Below are positions 28,533 through 37,267 of a DNA stretch of 64,000 bases, piece by piece. Within the stretch, counting starts at the first letter, position 1; each line of letters opens with the position of its first letter. The notes beneath the pieces were generated by a model. That model had not been told where the DNA came from. It was given only the letters and a program-made list of their open reading frames with translations, and did no database searches. The stretch is from Candidatus Latescibacterota bacterium (lineage in GTDB: Bacteria; Latescibacterota; UBA2968). Where the stretch lies: the NCBI GenBank assembly GCA_965204745.1, contig OZ242010.1, positions 2,208,001-2,272,000 of the forward strand. The letters run 5' to 3'. The position numbers and the translations under genes were made by a program.

Positions 28533-30506
28533 GTGGCAGAAGCATCGACATATCCGACAGAAACCGCTGAGGTTCATCGCGGTCGCGCTGTCACGCCTCG
28601 GTGCGTTTTGGCGGGCATTGGGATCATCATCCTGACGGTGTTGTGGGACGAGTGGACCGCCTATTACATGCGCGGGTCCAACATCAGCCGCAGCCATTTT
28701 CCCATGGCATTGTTCTTTCCGTTTTTGTCCTTGGCCGTGGTGAACATGCTCACGCGCCTGATCCGGCCTTCTGCCGCGCTCACGCCCTCCGAGTTGCGCG
28801 TGGTGTTGGGGATGGGGTTGGTCGCTGCGATTGTGCCTTACGATGGCGTGACCGGGCATCTCATCGGGGTGTTGGCCGGGGTGTACTATTTTGCCACGCC
28901 GGAAAATGGTTGGGATGTGTACTTGCATCACCACATCCCGACGTGGTTGGCGCCCCAAAATGACGCCGGTGCCATGAACTGGTTTTACGAAGGCACGCCC
29001 GCAGGACACATGCCCGCGGTCAGCGCGTGGGCCACGCCCCTGTTTTGGTGGACGTGTTTCTTGGGCGCGGTGGCGTTTGCGATCTTCTGCCTCGTCGTGA
29101 TGTTGCGCCGGCAGTGGGTCGATCACGAGCGGTTGACCTATCCCATCGTCGAGGTGGGCAAGTTGTTGACCGAAACAGAAGCGGGCGGCAGGCTCAGCCG
29201 GGTCTTTTGGTCGCCCCTGTTCTGGATCGCGTTTGGCATTGTCATGCTGATGAAAGTGTGGAACATCGGGTCGTATTTCATGCCTGCTTTTCCGCCCATT
29301 CCATTTGAAGGCGGGCAGTTTCGGTTTTATCCCGACTTTCCCTTTTTGATCCGCAGGGTCAGTTTTTACGCGATTGGATTCGGGTACTTTGCGCGCTTGG
29401 ACGTGTTGTTCAGTGTTTGGGTGTGGGTCTTTTTGTCCGGCTTTGAGGTCTTTTTGTTCAACCGATTTGGGTACACCCCAGGCGCGGCAGACCGGCAGTG
29501 GCAAAGCCCTGCGCTGGGTTGGCAAAGCGGGGGCGCGCTCATTTTTTTGGCGATCTGGAGTTTGTGGATGGGCCGGCAACACCTCGTGGATGTTTGGCGA
29601 AAAGCCACGCGCACGGGGTGGGAAGGCATTGACGACGGCCGGGAATTGTTGTCCTATCGCACGGCTGTGATCGGCCTGCTCGCCTCCTTGGCATTTGTCG
29701 TCGCGTGGTTGTACGCCGCCGGGATGGACCTGTTCGTCATTCTGACATTTGTGCCGATCTCCCTCTTGACATTTTTGGGGCTTTCCCGCGTGGTCGCCGA
29801 ACTGGGCTTGGTGTACGTGTATTACCAAGTGCAGCCCTTTGACGCGGTTTTGCAAATTTGGGGCACGCCGACCATTGGCGGGCAAAGCGTGACGACCCTG
29901 TCGTTTATGCGCGTCTTCAACAGCGCGGGCAAAGGCTATGTCATGCCCGCGATGACGCAGTCGGTCAAGGTGGTTGACGGCGTGGTCAAACCCCGACAAA
30001 TCGCCCTGATGATGGGGGTGTCCCTGGTCGTGGGCTACATCGTTTCCGTCGCCAATACCCTGTATTTGGGCTATGCGTATGGCGCGTACAACTTGGGCAA
30101 CATGGGCTTGAAGAACGCGGCACCGGGCGCGCTTAACAAGGCGATCAATGCCATCCGCAATCCGATTCCCATGGGCGGCAAGGGCGGGTTGGCCCTGTGG
30201 GCCGTCATCGGCGCAGTCGCCATGGGCGGGTTCACGCTGGCGCGCTATTGGTTGCCGTGGTGGCCCCTGCATCCGATTGGCTTGGCTATCCAAGGCAATT
30301 ACGGGGTGACAAAGATCGTGTTTTCCATCGTGATCGTATGGGCCGCCAAGTCCCTGCTGATGAGCATAGGCGGCGTAAATCTGTACGAACGCGCCAAGCC
30401 CTTTTTCGTGGGCTTGATCGTCGCACAGGCCGTCAGCACCGCGCTGGTCTTTGCCCTCGACTGCGTGTGGTTCCCCGCACGCGGGCACAATGTGCATAAT
30501 TACTAG
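28533..30506 (+). CDS. DUF6785/DUF6784-like polytopic membrane protein 1
   Basis: Many TM segments; YYFATPENGW, RRQWVDHERLTYP, WWPLHPIG; GTG start after GAGG. Confidence 0.8.
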   Translation: MAEASTYPTETAEVHRGRAVTPRCVLAGIGIIILTVLWDEWTAYYMRGSNISRSHFPMALFFPFLSLAVVNMLTRLIRPSAALTPSELRVVLGMGLVAAIVPYDGVTGHLIGVLAGVYYFATPENGWDVYLHHHIPTWLAPQNDAGAMNWFYEGTPAGHMPAVSAWATPLFWWTCFLGAVAFAIFCLVVMLRRQWVDHERLTYPIVEVGKLLTETEAGGRLSRVFWSPLFWIAFGIVMLMKVWNIGSYFMPAFPPIPFEGGQFRFYPDFPFLIRRVSFYAIGFGYFARLDVLFSVWVWVFLSGFEVFLFNRFGYTPGAADRQWQSPALGWQSGGALIFLAIWSLWMGRQHLVDVWRKATRTGWEGIDDGRELLSYRTAVIGLLASLAFVVAWLYAAGMDLFVILTFVPISLLTFLGLSRVVAELGLVYVYYQVQPFDAVLQIWGTPTIGGQSVTTLSFMRVFNSAGKGYVMPAMTQSVKVVDGVVKPRQIALMMGVSLVVGYIVSVANTLYLGYAYGAYNLGNMGLKNAAPGALNKAINAIRNPIPMGGKGGLALWAVIGAVAMGGFTLARYWLPWWPLHPIGLAIQGNYGVTKIVFSIVIVWAAKSLLMSIGGVNLYERAKPFFVGLIVAQAVSTALVFALDCVWFPARGHNVHNY

Positions 30507-30580
30507 ATTGATTTTAGGCGGGCGATTGCGTATTCTGCACGCGCTTGTAGCGAACACCACATTCAACGAAAGGATATGAG

Positions 30581-31417
30581 ATGGAGCTCACGTACATGAT
30601 GTTCACAAAGCACCTCGAGGGCATGGATATTCCCGAGATCATCGAGGCACTCCAAGACGTGGGGGTGCAAGGGGCTGATTTGTGTGTGCGCCCGGGATAT
30701 CCGGTGAATCCGGAAAATATCGCCGGGGCATTGCCGGATGCGGCCAAGCAGTTTGAGGCCGCGGGCCTGTGCATTCCGCTGGTGACGGCCCCCGGGGATT
30801 TTAGCCGCCCGGACCTCGACTATGCCGAGCGTTATTACGGCGCGTTGGGCGATGCGGGTGTGCCGCATGTCAAGTTGGGGTACTGGCACTGGTCGGCCGA
30901 GAAACACTATTGGGATCAGTTGGAGGAAATCCGAGGCTGGATGGCGGGCTTTGAGAAATTGTCGGCAAAGCACGGGGTGAAAACAGTGGTCCACAACCAT
31001 TCGGGCAAGTCGATGGGCCTCAATTCGTGCGCGATCATGAACGTGGTCAAGGGGTTCGATCCCGCGCATGTGGGCGTGTTTTCCGATCCGGGGCATTTGT
31101 CGATCTGCGGCGAGCCTATCGAAATGGCATTGGACATCGTGCGCGACTACCTCTCGGTGCTGGCATTTAAGGATTTGATTCGCCAACGCCCCTTGGGGCG
31201 ACCCACGCAAGGCGCGCCCACGGGCGGCACCATGCGCTTGGGGCAGGGCTTTGGCGATTGGCCCGCGGTGGTGCAAACGCTGGATCGCTTGAACTTTGAA
31301 GGGCCGGTGAGTTTCCACAGCGAATACAGCGGCGAGCCAGTGGAAACCGTGATCGACCTCGCGCGGATCGACGTGCGCTTTTTTGATGCGATGCGGGCGC
31401 AATACGAAGGCGCGTAG
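30581..31417 (+). CDS. Sugar phosphate isomerase/epimerase (xylose isomerase-like TIM barrel)
   Basis: HNHSG, DPGH, FKD, GPVSFHSEY. Confidence 0.88.
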   Translation: MELTYMMFTKHLEGMDIPEIIEALQDVGVQGADLCVRPGYPVNPENIAGALPDAAKQFEAAGLCIPLVTAPGDFSRPDLDYAERYYGALGDAGVPHVKLGYWHWSAEKHYWDQLEEIRGWMAGFEKLSAKHGVKTVVHNHSGKSMGLNSCAIMNVVKGFDPAHVGVFSDPGHLSICGEPIEMALDIVRDYLSVLAFKDLIRQRPLGRPTQGAPTGGTMRLGQGFGDWPAVVQTLDRLNFEGPVSFHSEYSGEPVETVIDLARIDVRFFDAMRAQYEGA

Positions 31418-31426
31418 GAGACGAGC

Positions 31427-32761
31427 ATGGACCAACACCCCAACATCTTGCTCATCATGAGCGACGAACACGATCCCGCGGTCACCGGTTGTTACGGTCA
31501 TCCCCACGTTGACACGCCGCACTTGGACCGCCTCGCATCCGAAGGCGCGACTTTTGAGAATGCGTACACCGCTTGCCCGATCTGCGTGCCGGCGCGCCTG
31601 TCCTGTATGACCGGGCAGTACATCCACCAAATCGGCGCGTGGGACAATGGCTCGTCCCTGCCCGATGCCGTCCCCACGATGGGCAGTTATCTCGAAGCCG
31701 CCGGTTATGAGACCGCGCTGTGTGGGCGCACGCATTTTGTCGGCCCTGATCGCCTGCGCGGTTTTGGCGAACGCCTGTTGGACGACGCGGAAAAATGGCA
31801 ACATGGGCGCACGCCTTCTCGTGCGCCCAATGCCCGACGCGGTAGCAACAGCCACGTCACCGAATGCGGGCCGGGCGACCACTGGCACAACGCTTATGAC
31901 CGCACGGCCGCGGATCGCTCGGAACGCTTTCTCAAATCCCGCGCCCAATCCCCAGATCGCCCCTTCCTCCTGTACACGGGGTTCATAAACCCGCACTTCC
32001 CCCTGTTGTGCCCGCGGGAATATTTCGACCGCTACTATCCGGATCGCGTCACCTTGCCGCCCACGCGCGCCGAACCCTGGGAAACCCAGCACCCCGCGAT
32101 TCGGCAACTCCGCTATTGGCTCCGCAACGAAGAACCTTTGGACGACGCCATCTCGATCACCGCAACCGCCGCGTATTACGGCTTGGTCTCGTTCACGGAT
32201 CACCTCGTCGGTCGCCTGCTCGACATTGTCGATAACTCGCCCTTGCGCGACAATACGGTCGTCATCTACGTCAGCGACCACGGCGAAATGGCCGGGCATC
32301 ACGGCTTGTGGCAAAAGCAATGTTTTTACGACCACGCCGTGCGCGTGCCCATGATCATTCGCCATCCCCATGCCGCGGGCCACCAGCGCGTCTCCGCAGG
32401 CGCCAGTCTCATCGACATCCTGCCCACCCTGCTCGACCTCGCGGATCGCGCACCCGCGCCCTTGCCCGGCGCCAGCCTGTTACCGGCTGTTTTCGGCAAT
32501 GAATTTCCAGATCGCCCGATCTTCAGCGAATACCACACCCTCGGTTCCACCACGGGCGGTTTTATGATCAAAAAAGGCGACTGGAAATACATCCACTACG
32601 TCGGCCTGCCCGATCAGTTGTTCAATGTGGATCGCGACCCGGACGAGCTCGAAAACTGCGCCGCCGATCCCTCATGCGCCCACATCCTCGCGGACCTCCG
32701 CACGGACCTCCACGCTATCGTCACACCCGAAGAAGTTGACCGCCGCGCCAAGGAGAGATAG
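31427..32761 (+). CDS. Cys-type sulfatase (choline-sulfatase-like)
   Basis: PNILLIMSDEH, CVPARLSCMTG (CxPxR), SDHGEM. Confidence 0.93.
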   Translation: MDQHPNILLIMSDEHDPAVTGCYGHPHVDTPHLDRLASEGATFENAYTACPICVPARLSCMTGQYIHQIGAWDNGSSLPDAVPTMGSYLEAAGYETALCGRTHFVGPDRLRGFGERLLDDAEKWQHGRTPSRAPNARRGSNSHVTECGPGDHWHNAYDRTAADRSERFLKSRAQSPDRPFLLYTGFINPHFPLLCPREYFDRYYPDRVTLPPTRAEPWETQHPAIRQLRYWLRNEEPLDDAISITATAAYYGLVSFTDHLVGRLLDIVDNSPLRDNTVVIYVSDHGEMAGHHGLWQKQCFYDHAVRVPMIIRHPHAAGHQRVSAGASLIDILPTLLDLADRAPAPLPGASLLPAVFGNEFPDRPIFSEYHTLGSTTGGFMIKKGDWKYIHYVGLPDQLFNVDRDPDELENCAADPSCAHILADLRTDLHAIVTPEEVDRRAKER

Positions 32762-32792
32762 GGGGGAGAGGACATTTTAAGTTGAACCGTTC

Positions 32793-33210
32793 TAGGTCAT
32801 GTTGACATTTTATTTTTTTTGACGTTACGCACAGATTAGCAAATGTGTTGCTTGCTCATTTAATGCGTTTGGTCCTACAGCCTCGTTGGTTGCCTTTGAT
32901 GCCTTCGGCGACTTACTTTTTTTCAACAGCAAAAAAAAGTAAGCAAAAAATGCCGCTCTCAAACGCCGAGGGGCTTGCACAGCGCAAATCGCTTTTGTAA
33001 CAGAACGACATGCGTTGGCCTGCAAAGTGGGTTGCAAAATGGACATTGGTTGCGAGACGGACTTGCGCGCTGTGCGTTATGGCTTTAGCTGATGGACTTT
33101 TGCGAGGGCACTTATTGTGATGCCTTCTTTGAACTGCGGAACGTCAGGGCTTGATTTTCTCGATAAACCGCTCAAGCCGGTGCATGGCTCGTAAATGTCA
33201 ACACAACCTA
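32793..33210. mobile_element. MITE family A, complete copy (418 bp)
   Basis: TIRs TAGGTCATGTTGACATTT / AAATGTCAACACAACCTA (16/18), TA at both ends; inverted homologue at 59400-59761. Confidence 0.8.
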
Positions 33211-33254
33211 ATACCAAATTGATAGGAAAAATAAAAATCAAATTGGGATAAAAC

Positions 33255-33282
33255 AAAAAGCCAGACAATACGTCTGGCTTTT
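33255..33282. terminator. Terminator hairpin downstream of NUDIX gene
   Basis: AAAAGCCAGAC-AATAC-GTCTGGCTTTT. Confidence 0.7.
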
Positions 33283-33404
33283 GCATTTTCAGGGCGGTTG
33301 CGAATGTGAAAATGCGATTCGAGAATGGGCGCGATGAGCACAGAAGTTCGCCAATCCGAGATGTATAAATTGTCGCATGGGGATGCAACGCGGGGAGCAA
33401 AACT

Positions 33405-33884
33405 TCAATAATCCGTTGAAACCACTTGGCTGGTCGCGACGGTTTCGCAGTCTGGGGCAAAGGTGAACACGGCTTTGACGCGCTGGTTGTTGAGCACGAG
33501 CGGGTACCAATAGGAGGCATCGTCCCACATGGCACTGAAGGGCAAGTGGTCGATGGCGAACCACTCGGGGCGGATTTCGCGGGATTCCGTTGGCCTGCCC
33601 TGATAGTCGCGTCCCCAAAAAACATGGGTGGTGAGATCCCAGTTGGGGCGTGCGGGAAAATAGAACGCCACATGCCCGGCATCTAAGAGGTCGCGGGGCG
33701 ACAGCACAACGCCGGTTTCTTCATGCATTTCGCGCACCGCGGCTTCGCGCACGGGTTCGCCGGGTTCGATTTTGCCGCCAATGCCCGTGTATTTCCCCGC
33801 GCCAAAACCGCGCTTTTTGTACCCGAGCAACACATGGGTTATGGGATCGCCCCTGACGAGCAATATCAGCGTGGTGCGCTTCAC
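33405..33884 (-). CDS. NUDIX hydrolase, MutT/MTH1-like 8-oxo-dGTP diphosphatase
   Basis: KKRGFGAGK, Nudix box GGKIEPGEPVREAAVREMHEETG, MWDDA. Confidence 0.9.
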   Translation of the reverse strand: MKRTTLILLVRGDPITHVLLGYKKRGFGAGKYTGIGGKIEPGEPVREAAVREMHEETGVVLSPRDLLDAGHVAFYFPARPNWDLTTHVFWGRDYQGRPTESREIRPEWFAIDHLPFSAMWDDASYWYPLVLNNQRVKAVFTFAPDCETVATSQVVSTDY

Positions 33885-33900
33885 GATACACCTATAAGAA

Positions 33901-34000
33901 AGTAAGAGGGAAGAAGGGAGAGGTGAGAGTCAGTAGTCAGTAGTCAGTAGTCAGTAGTCAGTAGTCAGTTGTCAGTTGCCAGTAGTCAGTTGTCAGTTGT
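33901..34000. repeat. Heptamer microsatellite (AGTCAGT/TGTCAGT) ~10 units preceded by AAGAGGG-type units
   Basis: Read directly. Confidence 0.93.
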
Positions 34001-34002
34001 CA

Positions 34003-34248
34003 ATGCGAATTAAGAGTAGAAAGCGAGTAAGAAGCAAGCCGCGGTCAATCGCCCAAAGACCTCAACGAGTCATACATTATCGGATCGCACCTTAGAACTT
34101 GTCTTAAAACAAACGATGGATGCCCTCTCCGCCGGCTCCTCCCTGCAACGGAGAGATGTTATTCCCCCTTCCTCGCAGGAAGGGGGGTTAGGGGGGTAGG
34201 TCCCAACAAAAAGACAAGTACGCGATGGATCCAACGCTTAATTCGCAT
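34003..34248. mobile_element. MITE family B with internal REP-like hairpin
   Basis: TIR ATGCGAATTAAG / CTTAATTCGCAT flanked by direct repeat TGTCA (33998-34002, 34249-34253). Confidence 0.8.
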
Positions 34249-34255
34249 TGTCAGT

Positions 34256-34400
34256 GGCTTTGTTGAATAAATAGATATTACCTGCTGTTTGGGGGTTGAA
34301 AAAAGACAGGCTCCTCCGTAGATCGGGCATGTTTGTCACTTCCAAAACTCACCCTTTCTCACAAGGGACCTGCCACGCCCAAGATAGCCTCTTCCTCTGC
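34256..34400 (+). mobile_element. Orphan IS end (IS903-like IR); no transposase
   Basis: GGCTTTGTTGAATAAAT matches the IS903 IR as recalled (GGCTTTGTTGAATAAATC); no partner IR seen. Confidence 0.45.
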
Positions 34401-34710
34401 ATCCGTCAAGACCCCTCGTCGCCGTCGCTGTGAGACTTGTCTATCGGGTGCGGAACTAGGCGGCCTTACGAGGCCGGCCTCAAGCAATGGATTGGATGGC
34501 AGTTGCGCGTGCGGTATAAGGATAACCAAGAGCACGCAAGCGCGGAAAGCCGCCCGCGCAAACCCCATCGTCACCTTAATGATACATTGAACGCGACGCG
34601 TGATGGCTTTTCCGCTGGCTTTTTGTGACGGTACTTTTTATTTGGGAATTATATACTTAACGAAACGAGGCTATGTTATTATATTCCTCCCTTAAGGCAA
34701 TGAATGAGAG

Positions 34711-34914
34711 GACTATTTTTTTGAAGGCGATGGCGCGGTTGGTTTTCCCGATTTTCTGCTGTTCGTCGCGCAGTTTGGATTGAGTCAGAATGATGAGGCG
34801 TATGATGCGCGGTTCGATTTGGATGGCGATGGCGCGATAGGGTTTGGCGATTTCCTGGTCTTTGCCAATCATTTCGGACAGGCCGTATCGCCGCCCGGGT
34901 CTTCTAGCGGTTAG
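34711..34914 (+). pseudogene. Orphan EF-hand/dockerin-like C-terminal module without in-frame start (absent from ORF track)
   Basis: Translates DYFFEGDGAVGFPDFLLFVAQFG...YDARFDLDGDGAIGFGDFLVFANHFG..*; in-frame TGA at 34705. Confidence 0.85.
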
Positions 34915-34956
34915 CCACCGCTCAAATTGTTCGCGGTATTCACGAAAGGAATTGCA

Positions 34957-35730
34957 ATGTATTTGTATGGGATTCGGAACACGAGTTTGAAGATGGATTG
35001 GGGGAAAGATGCCTTTGTCGCGGCCGGAAAGATGGGGTTTGATGGGGTGGAGATCGTGCTGCGAGAGGAAGACCGGTTGGACTGGCTGTTGACCGCGGCT
35101 GGCAAAGCAGAGGTGGCGACGTGGAGCGAGGAATCGGGCGCGCAGGCGTGTTCGATCAGTTTTGCCCTGTTTCGGGAATACAAGGGCAATGAGGCAGACC
35201 CTGCGGTGCGCGACCGCGTGGTGTCGCTCGTGCAAAAGGCGATTCGGGCGTGCAAGGGCATGGGCGGCGTCGGGATTTTGCTCCCGTATTTTGACGCGGA
35301 GAACCTCGACATGCCGCGCCAATATGTGAACTCGCTGATCGAAGACTTGCAGCAGTGCGCGCCCCTCGCCGAAGATTTGGGCATCAAAGTCGCGCTGGAG
35401 ACCAGCTTTTCAACCGGGCTGTTGCGAACGATTTGCGATGGCGTCGGCTCGGAGATGGTCGGGGTGTACCAAGACACGGCCAACGCCTTGATCTACGGAC
35501 ACGGCTCGGTTACAATGCTCACGGCGTTGCCCGAACACACCCAGTTGATCCACCTGAAGGATACGCAACGTTCAGACTTGGGCGAAGGCGACGTGGATTT
35601 CCCCGCGTGCCGCGATGCCATTGCAAAAATCGGGTACGAGGGCTGGTTGATCTTTGAAACCCCCGCGGGAGACGACCCCATCGCATCGGGCGAGAAAAAC
35701 CTGGCGTTCGCAAAAGCGATGTTTGGGTAG
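34957..35730 (+). CDS. Sugar phosphate isomerase/epimerase (xylose isomerase-like TIM barrel)
   Basis: GFDGVEI, VALET, DTAN, IHLKD, GYEGWLIFET; AAAGGA RBS. Confidence 0.9.
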   Translation: MYLYGIRNTSLKMDWGKDAFVAAGKMGFDGVEIVLREEDRLDWLLTAAGKAEVATWSEESGAQACSISFALFREYKGNEADPAVRDRVVSLVQKAIRACKGMGGVGILLPYFDAENLDMPRQYVNSLIEDLQQCAPLAEDLGIKVALETSFSTGLLRTICDGVGSEMVGVYQDTANALIYGHGSVTMLTALPEHTQLIHLKDTQRSDLGEGDVDFPACRDAIAKIGYEGWLIFETPAGDDPIASGEKNLAFAKAMFG

Positions 35731-35815
35731 GGAGGGAAGAGGGAAGAGGGAAGAGGTGAGACGTAAGATGGGAGATGGGAATTTAGCCACAAAGGGCACA
35801 AAAGGCACAAAAGGG
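35731..35815. repeat. Composite short repeats (GAGGGAA)n then (GCACAAAAG)n
   Basis: Read directly. Confidence 0.75.
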
Positions 35816-35910
35816 GTACAACTGGCGACAGCTAGTTCAAAGGCACGAGCAGGGTACTGCTGGCGACAGGCAACACTCGTCTGTCGCTTTTTTTATGAGG
35901 AATAGCCCCT

Positions 35911-37221
35911 GTGAGCAAGCGGGTAAAATACGTCCGATGGCTGTTGGTCACACTTCTCTTGCTGTCGGCTGGTCGCGTTGTGGGGTTTGCCGTTCTCTTT
36001 GGGCGAGAGAGCCTGCAACTGGACTTCTCGGCGTTTTACACGGCCGGGCAGGCAACGGCACGCGGCTTGTCCCCCTATCAGAACCACTTGGCACACACCC
36101 CGCCGATCTGGGATGGGTTCGGGCTTTTGCAACACAGCCGATTTCTGTACCCGCCTTTGGCGGCCCGATTGTTTCAGCCCCTCGCGCATTTGCCCTATCG
36201 CGTTGCCAAAGGAGTGTGGACGGGCCTCGCGCTGGTCTGCATCGCATTTGCCATGGGGGTGGCACACAAGTCATTGCGGGCGCGGATGGGCCGCGACGCA
36301 ATGATAGTCGCCGGGATATGCGTCTGCCTGTTCCACCCGGTCTTGGCCCTGTTGGAACGCGGGCAGGTCGATGGCATCACGCTGGCATTGCTCGCCGCAT
36401 TTGTTTATCTCGTGCAACGGGGAAAAAAACAACGCGCCGCGGCGGGCCTCTGCCTCGCGCTGGCGACGCTTTTGAAACTCCACTGCGTTTATTTCGCGCC
36501 GTTTCTGATTTTGCGAAAAAAATGGATCGCGCTGGCGGGATTTACGAGTGGGTGTCTCCTGATCGGGCTGTGTTCTCTCGCGCTGGATGGGTACGCGGCA
36601 AACCGGGACTATGTGCTGACGCACCTGCCCCGGATTTCCCAATACGGCGAAGGGGGAACCCGGGAGATGCTGTTGCCCCGCGCATTGGTGCAACCCCATT
36701 TGTCCGACCATCAGAACGGAATCGCGCAAAAGGAAGGCCATCGCTATCGCCTCGGCGCGTTTGATTTTGTGGGCAGCGCGACTCTGGTCGATGTGATCGC
36801 GCCGCGTTGGGGCAGTCCTTTCGGCGTATCGCTCGTCCTGATGGGGCTGTTTTTGCTGTTGATGATCGCGTGGCACCTGCGCGAGAAGCGATTTTTTGAC
36901 CGCCTCAATCCGACCGCAGAACTGACCTACTGGCAACTCATGGCAACCGCTGTTTTGCTGACCGCGCCCACGACTTGGGCGATGAATACGGTGTGGTTGT
37001 TGCCCGCCCTCCTCATCCTGATTCGATCCCAGCGGGCTCACCCCTTGGCACTTTATTGTGGGGCTATGGGCCTGTTGCTCGCGGGCCTGCCCGACCCGTA
37101 TAGCTTTCCCCTCATCGCCCCGTATCTGAACGACTGGTTCGAGTACAAATACGTGCTTGCCGAAGGCGCGCTCCTGATCAGTTTGGCATTGCTGTTGAGA
37201 AGATGTCTTAAAACGAAATAG
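35911..37221 (+). CDS. GT-C membrane glycosyltransferase (family 87-like)
   Basis: DFSAFYTAG, FLYPP, LERGQVD, LKLH; multiple TM segments. Confidence 0.85.
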   Translation: MSKRVKYVRWLLVTLLLLSAGRVVGFAVLFGRESLQLDFSAFYTAGQATARGLSPYQNHLAHTPPIWDGFGLLQHSRFLYPPLAARLFQPLAHLPYRVAKGVWTGLALVCIAFAMGVAHKSLRARMGRDAMIVAGICVCLFHPVLALLERGQVDGITLALLAAFVYLVQRGKKQRAAAGLCLALATLLKLHCVYFAPFLILRKKWIALAGFTSGCLLIGLCSLALDGYAANRDYVLTHLPRISQYGEGGTREMLLPRALVQPHLSDHQNGIAQKEGHRYRLGAFDFVGSATLVDVIAPRWGSPFGVSLVLMGLFLLLMIAWHLREKRFFDRLNPTAELTYWQLMATAVLLTAPTTWAMNTVWLLPALLILIRSQRAHPLALYCGAMGLLLAGLPDPYSFPLIAPYLNDWFEYKYVLAEGALLISLALLLRRCLKTK

Positions 37222-37267
37222 GCCCCCGCCCCGAGGCGGGCATCGAGATGGAGTAGAAAAAAAAGGA

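Noticed and set aside
28434-32383. Long antisense ORFs (710 aa, 606 aa; similarly 42020-43663, 53570-55135, 62143-63465)
   Set aside because: Shadows of well-supported genes on the opposite strand in GC-rich DNA; no motifs
32825-33046. Small ORF duplicated at 59527-59727
   Set aside because: Lies within MITE A; the copies have different starts and no RBS or known motif
34290-34630. tmRNA, 6S or riboswitch candidate
   Set aside because: No tRNA-like ends, tag peptide or recognisable consensus; follows an IS-like end. An Rfam search is needed
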